A stretch of 59,618 bases of DNA from Candidatus Omnitrophota bacterium (GCA_020346285.1 CP070780.1:164265-223882), one strand, 5' to 3'; positions 37,129-47,264 are shown, counted from the stretch's first letter. Program-made: numbers and translations. The notes: a model not told the origin generated them from the sequence alone.

Positions 37129-38143
37129 TAAAACAAGGGCATTGATATTGACCGAAGGCGGTAAAGATATCGGCTTGGGGCACATAACAAGGTGTATCTC
37201 GCTATGTCAGGCATTAGATGAGAGGAACATCGTACCCGAACTTATAATAAACGGAAAGGGCATAGTTTCGGACCTATTAAGGAATTGGAGATTTCAAATT
37301 TTCGACTGGCTTAAACTGAAGAGTAAAACATTCAAGATGGTAAGCGGGGCAGATATTGTTATTTGTGATTCTTTTCTGGCAGACATAAATTTTTATGAAA
37401 CCTTATCTAATCTGGTGAAGACACCGGTTTACATGGATGATAACAAACGGCTCGACTATCCCCGCGGCATAGTCGTAAATGTCTCCATCTACTCGGAAGA
37501 GTTCGATTATCCCGAGAAAGAAGATACTGTTTACCTGCTTGGTACTAAATATACGATTTTGAGAAAGGAATTTTGGAACATTCCGGAAAAAAAGATAAGA
37601 AGTAATGCCGAAAACATAATGGTTACTTTTGGCGGCGGCGACAGGAAAAGTATAACCCCCAGAATTATGGAATTTCTAAGAGATAAATACAGTGGATATA
37701 CAAAGAATATTATAGTTGGCAGAGGGTTTGGGTGCAAAAAAATGATTGAAAACCTGAAGGACAAAAAGACAAACTTAATATATGACCCCGATGCCGACCA
37801 AATGAAAAAGGTCATGCTAGAATCAGATATTGCCATTTCTGCTGGGGGTCAGACATTGTATGAGCTGGCACGGGTAGGAGTGCCTGTTGTAGGCATCTCG
37901 GCAGCGGAAAACCAATTAAGAAATCTTTATGGCTGGAAGAGGATCGGATTTTTGGAGTATGCCGGAAGTCACGATAGCAAAAATATTTTTTCGAATCTCA
38001 AATACGCCATTGATAAAATTCAACCGCATAAAGTAAGAATAAATCGCTCTATGATAGGAAGGAATATTGTCGATGGCAGAGGCTCACGCAGGGTGTGCAA
38101 TCAATTATTACAGAGGCAAGCCATATCTCGAGGTGCTAAATGA
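37109..38143 (+). CDS. PseG-like UDP-sugar hydrolase / GT28-type C-terminal domain protein
   Basis: N-terminal GGKDIGLGHITRCISLCQAL matches the PseG hallmark G.GH..R. C-terminal SAGGQTLYELARVGVP. The start could be 37091 or 37109. Confidence 0.6.
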   Translation: MRKEGSNKTRALILTEGGKDIGLGHITRCISLCQALDERNIVPELIINGKGIVSDLLRNWRFQIFDWLKLKSKTFKMVSGADIVICDSFLADINFYETLSNLVKTPVYMDDNKRLDYPRGIVVNVSIYSEEFDYPEKEDTVYLLGTKYTILRKEFWNIPEKKIRSNAENIMVTFGGGDRKSITPRIMEFLRDKYSGYTKNIIVGRGFGCKKMIENLKDKKTNLIYDPDADQMKKVMLESDIAISAGGQTLYELARVGVPVVGISAAENQLRNLYGWKRIGFLEYAGSHDSKNIFSNLKYAIDKIQPHKVRINRSMIGRNIVDGRGSRRVCNQLLQRQAISRGAK

Positions 38144-39936
38144 TTATTTTGGGTGTAAGTTATCTGGCAGACGCAGGCGCATGTGTCGTTAAAGACGGTG
38201 TTCTAAAAAGCGTTATTAACGAAGAACGGCTGAACAGAATAAAGTTATTCTACGGAATCCCTGAGATGTCTATCAAATGGTGTCTCAAAGATGCCGGCCT
38301 AAAAATGGAGGATGTCGATGTCATCGTAACCCAAGGATATTGTTCGGATGAACCCCGCATTGAATTTATCGATCATGGCTTGAAGAATGAAGCTGGCCGG
38401 AGAGAAGAAGCATTCGAATATGTATATGATAAAATAAGGCATTCCCGCCTATCGCCGAAAGATAAAAGACAGAAGATTGACGAGGTAAAAATGCGCTATG
38501 GGCACGAAAATACCGTCATGTTTAGTCGCAATATAACCATAGTCCGGCAGCTTAGAAAGTTCAAAAAGCCCATTAAGGTTGTCGAACATCATATCTCGCA
38601 CGCCGCAGGCGCCTATTTTGCCAGCGGATGGAATAGCGCTTATGTTATAACCAGTGACGGTTGGGGCGAGGTAGAATCCAATATTTTTTGCAGGGCTCGC
38701 GACGGTAAATTAGAAAAAATATATTACTCCCATTCGTTTGACTCATTGGGTTATTTTTACGGCGGCATAACCAGGGCATTGGGATTTACCCCTAAACGAC
38801 ATGAGGGTAAAGTGCTGAGCCTTGCCGCATGCGGAAGACCCCAAAAAGCCATGCCGTGGATGAAAAAGATGATTTATTACAATCCGAAAGAGAAAAGATT
38901 CGAAGCCGGGTTTGAAAGCGGCATTTATACCGCTAAATTTGAGAATGCAGTACTTGAAAGACTCGTAAAGAGACATAAGAAAGAAGATGTAGCGGCCGCC
39001 GCACAAAAAGTATTGGAAAAAACGGTATGTGAATATGTTGAAGATGTGGTCCCCGCGAATTCCAAGCTTGTGGTGGCGGGAGGCATATTTGCCAATGTGC
39101 GTTTAAACCAGAAAATATCGGAACTTCCCAATATCCGGGATATCTTCGTATATCCGCAAATGACGGACGGCGGATTAGCGGCAGGCAGTGCTTTATATCT
39201 TTATTCGAGACAGAAGAAATTAAGATCTGTCGCGATTGATTCCCTTTACAAAGGACCGGCCTTTGACAATGCCAGCGTGCTTAAAGAGATTAAACGATTC
39301 GGTTATGCGCACAGATACCATGAAGATATCGAGAAGAAAATCGCAGAGTTACTTACACAGAATAATGTGGTTATGCGTTTTACAGGAAGAATGGAATACG
39401 GACCCAGGGCTTTGGGAAATAGGTCTATTCTCTTTACTACAATGGATAGAACAGTTAACGGTTGGCTGAATGCGGCGCTTGGAAGAAGCAAATTTATGCC
39501 GTTTGCCCCCGTTACTTTAAAAGAAAAAGCGCAAGATTGCTATAAGAATATAAGAAATTGTTGGAGAAGGGCGCTGTATATGACGATCACATTCGATTGC
39601 ACTGATTGGATGAAGAAAATATCGCCTGGTGTTGTCCACATAGACGGAACGGCAAGGCCGCAGCTGGTCACCAAGGATTCAAATCCATCGCTTTATAAGA
39701 TTTTGAAACATTATTATAGATTGTCAGGCATTCCAAGCCTGATCAATACAAGTTTTAATATGCATGAGGAACCGATAGTATGTTCACCGCAGGATGCACT
39801 GCACGCGTTTCATGAAAGCAAATTAAAATACCTCGCTATCGAAAATTATTTAGTAAGCCTTGAACGCGATGACATTTTATTTCAGGCCAACAATTGTAAG
39901 AAGGGCTATGGCCAAGATTGTAAGGCTCGGGAATAA
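38140..39936 (+). CDS. NodU/CmcH-family carbamoyltransferase
   Basis: N-terminal ILGVSYLADAGACVVKDG...NEERLNRIK. C-terminal GPRALGNRSIL, FMPFAPV, VHIDGTARPQ, INTSFNMHEEPIVCSP. 598 aa. Confidence 0.85.
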   Translation: MIILGVSYLADAGACVVKDGVLKSVINEERLNRIKLFYGIPEMSIKWCLKDAGLKMEDVDVIVTQGYCSDEPRIEFIDHGLKNEAGRREEAFEYVYDKIRHSRLSPKDKRQKIDEVKMRYGHENTVMFSRNITIVRQLRKFKKPIKVVEHHISHAAGAYFASGWNSAYVITSDGWGEVESNIFCRARDGKLEKIYYSHSFDSLGYFYGGITRALGFTPKRHEGKVLSLAACGRPQKAMPWMKKMIYYNPKEKRFEAGFESGIYTAKFENAVLERLVKRHKKEDVAAAAQKVLEKTVCEYVEDVVPANSKLVVAGGIFANVRLNQKISELPNIRDIFVYPQMTDGGLAAGSALYLYSRQKKLRSVAIDSLYKGPAFDNASVLKEIKRFGYAHRYHEDIEKKIAELLTQNNVVMRFTGRMEYGPRALGNRSILFTTMDRTVNGWLNAALGRSKFMPFAPVTLKEKAQDCYKNIRNCWRRALYMTITFDCTDWMKKISPGVVHIDGTARPQLVTKDSNPSLYKILKHYYRLSGIPSLINTSFNMHEEPIVCSPQDALHAFHESKLKYLAIENYLVSLERDDILFQANNCKKGYGQDCKARE

Positions 39937-39985
39937 AAAAATAGGCGAAGGATTTCCGACTTTTAGGGCAGAAGCTGGAGGATAA

Positions 39986-40555
39986 ATGGGAATTTACAAA
40001 AAGAAGACATGTAGGAACAGAGACCAGTTGAGGAAGACCGCAATAGTCGGAAAATCTCCGAAGATTGTAGGTCCAATTGTTCTAAACAATGTAAAGAGAG
40101 GGCAACTCGTCATAGGCGATTATGCTATCTTGAGATATAGCAAACTCTTTTGCTTTGGCAAGGGTAAGCTGACAATAGGGAATTATTGTTACCTGGGGGA
40201 TTTTACGCAAATAGATGCTGCAGAAGAGGTAACAATCGGCAATTACTGCATGTTGTCTAATAGAATCGTGATACAAGATCATACAAGCCATCCGTTATGT
40301 CCGAGAAAAAGGAGGAAACAGTTGATCGGCCTGCAGAAAACCCCGACGAATGTATATGATACTGTAATCAAAAAGGTTGCGATAGAGGACGATGTCTGGA
40401 TCGGTATGGATGCCCTTATTCTGAAAGGGGTCACTATAGGTAGGGGCTCCATCGTGGCTGCGAGGGCTGTAGTTACGAGTGACGTTCCTTCCTATTCTAT
40501 AGTTGCAGGCAATCCAGCACGGGTCGTTAAAACTATCAAGGAAGGCTTGAAATGA
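39986..40555 (+). CDS. hexapeptide-repeat (left-handed beta-helix) acetyltransferase
   Basis: VWIGMDALILKGVTIGRGSIVAARAVVTSDVPSYSIVAGNPARVV. RBS ggagga. Confidence 0.8.
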   Translation: MGIYKKKTCRNRDQLRKTAIVGKSPKIVGPIVLNNVKRGQLVIGDYAILRYSKLFCFGKGKLTIGNYCYLGDFTQIDAAEEVTIGNYCMLSNRIVIQDHTSHPLCPRKRRKQLIGLQKTPTNVYDTVIKKVAIEDDVWIGMDALILKGVTIGRGSIVAARAVVTSDVPSYSIVAGNPARVVKTIKEGLK

Positions 40556-41616
40556 AGAACAAAGTAAGAGTAAAAATTGACCGAGAGAGATGTATTGGTG
40601 ATAATCAGCCTTGTTTTATAGTCGCAGAGATCTCGGCAAATCACGGACAAAATTTTAATAGGGCAATCTCGCTTGTTAAAGAGGCAAAGATAAGGGGCGC
40701 AGATGCAGTGAAATTCCAGACATATACAGCCGATACCTTAACCATAAACAGCAGAAAAAAATATTTTGCAATTAAACACCCTAAGTGGGGAGGGCAAACT
40801 TTATACGAATTATATGAAAAAGCATATACCCCCTGGAAGTGGTTTAAAAAATTGAAGAGGATAGCCGAAGACATGGGGCTAATATTTTTTTCCACCGCCT
40901 TTGACAGAACTGCTATTGATTTTTTGGAAGAATTAGGGGTTCCGATGCATAAGATATCCTCTTTTGAACTCGTGGATTTGCCGCTCATTGAATACGCAGC
41001 AAAGACCAATAAGCCCCTGATACTATCGACGGGAATGTCAACGATTCTTGAGGTCAAAGAGGCAGTTAGAACTGCGAAAATGGCAGGTGCAAAAGATATA
41101 ATTCTATTGAAGTGTGTCAGTAGTTACCCTGCAAATCCCAAAGAGATGGATTTGAATACCATAGCGCATATGAGAAAGCTATTCCGTTGCCCGATAGGCC
41201 TTTCCGATCATACGATGGACATAGGGGCTTCTGTCGCAGCCGTTTCACTTGGGGCAAAGATGGTCGAAAAGCATTTTGCGCTATCTCGTAAGTTCCAGAC
41301 ACCTGATAGCTTCTTTTCGCTTGAGCCCCGGGAATTCGAAAATCTTGCAAAAAATATAAGAATTGCAGAACAGGCACTGGGCCATATCCGCTCCGGATTG
41401 ACCGATGAAGAAAAGAAGAATCGGATTTTCAGAAGATCCCTTTTTGCGGTTAAAGATATTAAAAAGGGAGAAGTATTTAGCAAAGAAAATATTAAATCCA
41501 TAAGACCCGGGCATGGTCTACCGCCCAAGTATTTGAATTCGATATTAAACAAAAAAGCAAGGAGAAATATTTCTAAAGGGGTCCCCTTAACATTGGGTTT
41601 ACTTAAACCCAAATAA
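40552..41616 (+). CDS. pseI: pseudaminic acid synthase (NeuB family)
   Basis: CFIVAEISANHGQ, GADAVKFQTYTADTLTI, WGGQTLYELYEKAYTPWKW, KISSFELVDLPLIEY, STGMS, and a C-terminal SAF-like domain (FAVKDIKKGEVF). Confidence 0.85.
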   Translation: MKNKVRVKIDRERCIGDNQPCFIVAEISANHGQNFNRAISLVKEAKIRGADAVKFQTYTADTLTINSRKKYFAIKHPKWGGQTLYELYEKAYTPWKWFKKLKRIAEDMGLIFFSTAFDRTAIDFLEELGVPMHKISSFELVDLPLIEYAAKTNKPLILSTGMSTILEVKEAVRTAKMAGAKDIILLKCVSSYPANPKEMDLNTIAHMRKLFRCPIGLSDHTMDIGASVAAVSLGAKMVEKHFALSRKFQTPDSFFSLEPREFENLAKNIRIAEQALGHIRSGLTDEEKKNRIFRRSLFAVKDIKKGEVFSKENIKSIRPGHGLPPKYLNSILNKKARRNISKGVPLTLGLLKPK

Positions 41617-41622
41617 GAAAAT

Positions 41623-43068
41623 ATGCATATTTTATTAGTTCATCCACCATGCAGAACAGCGACTATTATTCCGCTCGGTTTGGGCTATATAGCCAGCGCA
41701 CTAAGAGAAAACGGACATAAGGTGTCGCTTATGGATTTGAATTTCGAGAATAAATCCTTTTCTGCTATTGAAAAAGACCTCGCTCGCCTGGAATATGACA
41801 TTATCGGGATAGGGGGCCTTAGCACGACATATAATTTTGTAAAAGATTTTTCTAATTTAGCCAAGAAGATAAAGCCGAAAGTAAAAATAATAGCGGGAAA
41901 TATGGTCTCTACCGCTAGTCCGGAACTTCTGCTTCAAAATTCGCAAGTGGACATATGCGTAATCAACGAGGGCGAAGAAACCCTAAAGGAATTAGTGTAT
42001 AGAATAAAGAATTTTCCGGATATAGAAGGCGTCAAAGGAATAGTTTTTAAAAAAAATGAACAAATTATCGTGACTAATCCCAGAGAAAGAATAAAGAATT
42101 TGGATAAGTTACCACTTCCGGCATGGGACCTTTTTTCAATGGAATATTATGTTAATGAGCCCATTCTCAATGAATATGGCAGAAAAAGCATCTCTGTCTC
42201 AACTGCAAGGGGTTGTCCCTTTCAATGTATTTATTGCTCGCGACCCTTTGGTTCGCTTGTATATAAGCGCTCTGTCGAGAATATTATCGCAGAGATAAAA
42301 ACATTAATAAAACGCTATAAAATAAAGTTTGTGGCCTTTTCCGACAATCTATTTGTAATGGATAAAAATTGGGTCAGGGAATTTTGCGATGCTCTCCTCC
42401 GAGAAAAAATTAAGATTGGCTGGACGGCGTCCGCAAGATTGAACCTGGTGGATATGCCGTTACTCAGGAAAATGAAAAAAGCCGGTTGCGAGGCCTTGGG
42501 TTACGGCTTTGAATCAGGAAGCCAGAAAATATTAGATAATATGAAAAAAGGCATCAATGTAGCCCAGGCAGAAAGAGCGGTTGCTCTCACCAGAAAAGCC
42601 GGTATTAGCGTAGACGGTTCGTTTATGATAGGCATGATCGGGGAGACGAAAGAAACCGTTAATGAAAGCGTTGATTTTATAAAAAGAACAGGTTTAACGC
42701 TACACAGGTTTTTCTATACGACGCCATACCCTAAAACAGCGCTCTATGAAATGGCAAGAAAAATGAATAGAATTCCAGACGATGAAGATAAATATGTCGG
42801 CTCTTTAGGCGAGATGTACAATACGCCCCTGGTTAATTTAACCGACATGACGGATGAGGAGCTTAAGAGCTTGAAGGAAAAGGCAGAAAGAAAAATCAGG
42901 GAGAATTTCAGCCTGAGGACCAGAATGGAGATTCTGCATGAAGACCTAAGACGAATTTCCGCAAATATTAAAAAGCGCATAAAGACGAAAGGTATTCTAG
43001 CAACCCTCAGTTGGTCTTTAGGCAAGATAAGCCAGAGATTAAAGATAAAAGAGAGAATAAGGCATTGA
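41623..43068 (+). CDS. B12-binding-domain radical SAM protein (class B type)
   Basis: HILLVHPP...IIGIGGLSTT...IIAGNMVST...CVINEGE followed by ARGCPFQCIYCSRPF. 481 aa. Confidence 0.85.
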   Translation: MHILLVHPPCRTATIIPLGLGYIASALRENGHKVSLMDLNFENKSFSAIEKDLARLEYDIIGIGGLSTTYNFVKDFSNLAKKIKPKVKIIAGNMVSTASPELLLQNSQVDICVINEGEETLKELVYRIKNFPDIEGVKGIVFKKNEQIIVTNPRERIKNLDKLPLPAWDLFSMEYYVNEPILNEYGRKSISVSTARGCPFQCIYCSRPFGSLVYKRSVENIIAEIKTLIKRYKIKFVAFSDNLFVMDKNWVREFCDALLREKIKIGWTASARLNLVDMPLLRKMKKAGCEALGYGFESGSQKILDNMKKGINVAQAERAVALTRKAGISVDGSFMIGMIGETKETVNESVDFIKRTGLTLHRFFYTTPYPKTALYEMARKMNRIPDDEDKYVGSLGEMYNTPLVNLTDMTDEELKSLKEKAERKIRENFSLRTRMEILHEDLRRISANIKKRIKTKGILATLSWSLGKISQRLKIKERIRH

Positions 43069-44930
43069 GCAAAATACGGTTTTTAATCTTTTTAAAGAAT
43101 AGATTAATACGGTTCCTGAAAAAGAACGCCTCTCAAAAGAAAGTTATAATCATAAATAACTATGATAAAACCGATGTATTGGCGGAAGCGATAAGACATT
43201 CTTTAGCTTATTTTGGAACTAATACCAATATTTTATGCTTTAAATCGAGAATTCCCGAGGAATTTAGCGCTTTTCAAGATAAGATTACCCTGTCAGAGGA
43301 TTACCCGGCTTATGAGGATTATCTAAAAATAGACGATTACGTTTTTAATTCTATTTCGAAGAATTGGGATGGTGGGGTGAAAGAAAAATTCAAGGACACT
43401 TTTATTTATCGTGGTATCGAGTTGGCAAGAATAGCGGAGTATGATTTGCAGCTTTTTTTAGTTCCAAGAATCAAGGCATTAATCGTTGTCGGTCGGGCAA
43501 TGAAAAAAGAAGATTATAAAGCAGCCTTTATTATCGATTGTAACAATGAATTTGGTAATTTTGACAAACTTTTGCAGCAGCATTATCGTGTTCCGACCGA
43601 TTATCTCAAGATACATGAAAAATGCGCATTACAAGATGTAATAAGACGAAGGATGTCTTCTGTCCTATCGAGTTTAACCGATATTATAGCCCCTCTATTT
43701 ATTCCTATTATCCAAAGGAAGAAAGAAGCAAAATTTATTGATGCCAGGCTCTTTTATCAACTTGGCGCAAAGAAGCCAGATAATTTTCTTCTGATTCCTT
43801 TTGAAAAAGGCCTGAAATTACGTTTGAGGAGCCTTTTCCAGAATGGCGGATATATCCCTTTTAATTTAGTCTCTGACGTAGAGAAGAAAAGAAAGAACGA
43901 TTTAAAGAAATTTGATGTCCGCAACCTAGAGAACCGGTTCGTTTTTGAAGATATGCCTTATTGGGAAGTGGTAGAAGATAAAATAAAAACACTGATTTAC
44001 AGAGATTTCGCTAAATTCAGGAAAAATATAGATATCTTGGCTGGTGCGCATAAGAGATATAATATAAAATCCATAATCCTTAAAAACGATGTAAAGACAT
44101 TGGCGAAAACTATGGTGCTCTCATCAAAAAGGCTTAATATACCAACCCTTGTGATTCAACATGGGATACTGGCAGAACCCAATGGGCATGATCTTATTTT
44201 GGCAGATAAAGTTGCTGTATGGGGGAATCGCGCCGTTCGTTGGTATAAGAATTTTGGCAATGATTCAAATAAGATGGTAGTAACAGGAAATCATACCTTA
44301 AATAAGGCATCTCATTATATGGATCTAAATGAAAATAAAAGTTTTCTCAAGCAATTGGGTATTATAAAAAAAGGGCATGTAGTAACATTTTTCACAACAA
44401 GCGGAGGGGGCACGTCTCGATTGTCGGCTTTCGAAAATCATGATATAAGCTTTAATTTAATCCGGGATATGATTAAAGCAGTTAGATCGATTGGCAATAC
44501 CAACTTGATTATCAAGCTGCATCCAAACGAGAGTATAAGAACTTTTGCAAAATTGCTTAACCGAGAAAGCAGGACTACCATGGTTATCAAGGATAGTATA
44601 GATACGCGTAAGCTTATGGCAATATCAGATTTAGTGGTGATAGGAGGCGGTGGCTCTACACTCGGCTTAGAGGCAATAATGATGAAAAAGCCGCTTATCG
44701 TGATAAACCTATATAAAAGACAGGATTTAGTTCCATATGTAGAAAAGAATGTAGCTATCGGCGCTTATACGAGAGATGACATCGAAAGGGCTATTAAAAA
44801 TGGCCTATATGACGATAATGTGAAAAGTAAAATGGATTCGGCAAGAGACGATTTTATAAACGATTTTGTTTACAAAGCCGATGGCAAGGCCGGAGAGCGG
44901 ATAGTAAAGTTAATAGAAAACCTTCAATAG
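43011..44930 (+). CDS. unknown protein with a C-terminal GT-B-like (TagF/KpsS-like?) region; candidate glycosyl- or nonulosonate-transferase
   Basis: Long ORF with C-terminal patterns VIQHGILAEP...KVAVWGN...VVTGN, LIIKLHPNES and VVIGGGGSTLGLEAIMMKKPLIV. Start uncertain: ATG 43011 overlaps the upstream gene by 58 nt, and TTG 43065 is the alternative. Confidence 0.35.
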   Translation: MVFRQDKPEIKDKRENKALSKIRFLIFLKNRLIRFLKKNASQKKVIIINNYDKTDVLAEAIRHSLAYFGTNTNILCFKSRIPEEFSAFQDKITLSEDYPAYEDYLKIDDYVFNSISKNWDGGVKEKFKDTFIYRGIELARIAEYDLQLFLVPRIKALIVVGRAMKKEDYKAAFIIDCNNEFGNFDKLLQQHYRVPTDYLKIHEKCALQDVIRRRMSSVLSSLTDIIAPLFIPIIQRKKEAKFIDARLFYQLGAKKPDNFLLIPFEKGLKLRLRSLFQNGGYIPFNLVSDVEKKRKNDLKKFDVRNLENRFVFEDMPYWEVVEDKIKTLIYRDFAKFRKNIDILAGAHKRYNIKSIILKNDVKTLAKTMVLSSKRLNIPTLVIQHGILAEPNGHDLILADKVAVWGNRAVRWYKNFGNDSNKMVVTGNHTLNKASHYMDLNENKSFLKQLGIIKKGHVVTFFTTSGGGTSRLSAFENHDISFNLIRDMIKAVRSIGNTNLIIKLHPNESIRTFAKLLNRESRTTMVIKDSIDTRKLMAISDLVVIGGGGSTLGLEAIMMKKPLIVINLYKRQDLVPYVEKNVAIGAYTRDDIERAIKNGLYDDNVKSKMDSARDDFINDFVYKADGKAGERIVKLIENLQ

Positions 44931-44937
44931 GTATGTG

Positions 44938-46305
44938 ATGAGGATGTCAGACGATTGTCATTACGAGAAAGAACCCCGAGCTAAACGAGGAGGGCCGACG
45001 AAGCAATCTCAAAAGAAGTTACTTCGACAGATTATAAAGTGGACAGTTATTGGATTACTGATCCGGTTCACGTTAATGCCCTTTACAATGCATAGCCGGG
45101 ATTTAGTTTTCATAAATTATTTTCCTTTTATTTTTGTCGAAAAAGGCATCTGGGATCCATACGGTTTTATCACTTCTAATTCCCAGTATTTTGGAATGGT
45201 CTACTACGGGCCGGTTTTATTTTTCATTATGTCGATAGCGAATTTCATAATTATTAAACTCTTTAACCCCACAACACTGATTACAATATTGGAACTTTCG
45301 GGTAGAATGATGTCCGAGAGCCTCACCACGCTTGATTACGTGCATGCTTTTTCAAACCTGGATTTCTTTAAAAATCTATTTTTAATGAAAAGCCCCTATC
45401 TTATATTTGATTTTTTTATAGGCTGGATGCTGTTAAAACTGGCGTTGTCAAAAGATTTAGCCTTGAAGAGTTATAAGCTCTGGATGCTCAACATTGTCGT
45501 TCTGCATAGCGCATATATGGTCGGGCAGGCTGATTTAATTCCGGCTCTTTTCATTACGGCGGCCTTATACGTTGCTTGGGTGAAAAGGCCGTACTTCTCG
45601 GTCGTTCTTTTAAGCCTGGCCGGCGCTACAAAGTTATTCCCGTATATCCTGGTGTTGCCTGCGTGTCTCTTGTTGGGTGAGGGGTGGAAAAAGAAGTTTT
45701 CCCTGATGTTTACGGCCGCCGCGACAACGGTTTTTTCTTATCTCCCTTTTTACTTATCATCGGGAAATTCCGTTTTTACATTTTTTATATCATCCCGTAT
45801 TGCACAATACGCAGGGATTACAAAGTGGATACTGCCGGGAATATCCATGGTGTTGTATTCTTTGGTATGCACAAGTGCCGCGAAAGATTCCCGAAAACCG
45901 AACCCCGAAGGAAGCCTCGTATATTATTTCGCCGTAGTCATGTTTCTGGGTTATATGACATTTCCGGCGAAACTCAGATATTTTGTGTATATAACCCCGG
46001 CCTTGGCTTTGATTATTCCGCAATATAAGAAATTCAGCATATTTACCTTATCGGTTATATTGATGATCATGTTCCAGTCCTTAACCCATAGGGGGGTGCA
46101 ATTGGGCTTATTTACGCCGCTTAACCCGGCATATTTTTCAAATTTGCCTACTATCCAAGAGATTATGGGACGTTTTGTTAATATTGAAATATGTTATAAA
46201 GTTGTGGCCAGGATTTTATTATTGATTTTCTTAACAGGAGCATGGTGGGTTTGGCGCATTGGCGTGAAGGCAGGCGCTTGTGCGAAGAAAGAGGCATTAT
46301 GCTAA
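44938..46305 (+). CDS. polytopic membrane protein (about 11-12 hydrophobic segments); candidate GT-C-type transferase or polymerase
   Basis: Hydrophobicity pattern only. GTG 44935, ATG 44938 or ATG 44944 are possible starts. Confidence 0.4.
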   Translation: MRMSDDCHYEKEPRAKRGGPTKQSQKKLLRQIIKWTVIGLLIRFTLMPFTMHSRDLVFINYFPFIFVEKGIWDPYGFITSNSQYFGMVYYGPVLFFIMSIANFIIIKLFNPTTLITILELSGRMMSESLTTLDYVHAFSNLDFFKNLFLMKSPYLIFDFFIGWMLLKLALSKDLALKSYKLWMLNIVVLHSAYMVGQADLIPALFITAALYVAWVKRPYFSVVLLSLAGATKLFPYILVLPACLLLGEGWKKKFSLMFTAAATTVFSYLPFYLSSGNSVFTFFISSRIAQYAGITKWILPGISMVLYSLVCTSAAKDSRKPNPEGSLVYYFAVVMFLGYMTFPAKLRYFVYITPALALIIPQYKKFSIFTLSVILMIMFQSLTHRGVQLGLFTPLNPAYFSNLPTIQEIMGRFVNIEICYKVVARILLLIFLTGAWWVWRIGVKAGACAKKEALC

Positions 46306-47264
46306 ATGAATTGCGTAAATACCTGAACGAAAATAAAAATTTGATAAATATCTTTTTGGTTTATTTTTTCCTTACCTTTGCAATAGGGTACATTGATTTT
46401 GACAGAAGGGTAAAGAGTTTTGAACAAGCTACTGAAAACTTAAGAAAAGTGGCTGAAGGAGGCGCCTATCTTCCTATGGCGCGCCGCATACTAATTCCTT
46501 ATACGCTATATTTTATGCATAAAACCTTCCGTATCCCCTTGGCGCATATCTACGCCTTTTTCAGATTTCTCTTTTTCTTTTTGGCATTCTGCCTCTTTCA
46601 CATATACCTTAAAAAATGGTTTGATGACAAATTAGCCATGATTGGCACATTGTCTGTGATTGCCTCTTTGCCCCTGACCCTGACTAACTGGTACTCTATT
46701 CCCACGGATATACCGGAACTCATAACTTTTATACTCGGAGCAATGTGGATCAGGGATAACAGGTATAAACTTCTATTTTTATTGATACCGTTGGCAACCT
46801 TAAACAAGGAAACAACAATCGCACTGGTCTTAATTTATTTTCTATATGGCATTGGTAGAGAAAGACCGCTTGTTTTAATAAAAAGAACCGCTATATACTC
46901 TTTATTGTGGGCTATTCCGTACATCTCCCTAATTTATATCTTCGGCTATAAGTATGGAGATTATTCCAAATTTTGCACTTTACAGCATAATTGGACAGGA
47001 CTTGCGCAAATGTTTAAAACCCCCAACCCTTATAACCATTATTATTTTCTTATCTATTTATGCGGCTTCTACTGGATATTGGCTTTCAGGAATTTTCGCA
47101 GGAAAGATATATTCCTGAAAAGATCCATGCCGGTTGTGATACTTTTTTTCCTTTATGTATTTTTTTGGCAAGCCGCTATAAATGAAGTAAGGGTGTTTAT
47201 ATCATTTTATGTGTTTGTAATTCCGTTGGGACTATTTAGTTTATTTAAAGAAAAGAAAACATGA
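46299..47264 (+). CDS. polytopic membrane protein (about 9-10 hydrophobic segments), function unknown
   Basis: ATG at 46299 overlaps the upstream stop; the listed 46242 start lies inside the upstream gene. Hydrophobicity pattern only. Confidence 0.4.
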   Translation: MLNELRKYLNENKNLINIFLVYFFLTFAIGYIDFDRRVKSFEQATENLRKVAEGGAYLPMARRILIPYTLYFMHKTFRIPLAHIYAFFRFLFFFLAFCLFHIYLKKWFDDKLAMIGTLSVIASLPLTLTNWYSIPTDIPELITFILGAMWIRDNRYKLLFLLIPLATLNKETTIALVLIYFLYGIGRERPLVLIKRTAIYSLLWAIPYISLIYIFGYKYGDYSKFCTLQHNWTGLAQMFKTPNPYNHYYFLIYLCGFYWILAFRNFRRKDIFLKRSMPVVILFFLYVFFWQAAINEVRVFISFYVFVIPLGLFSLFKEKKT

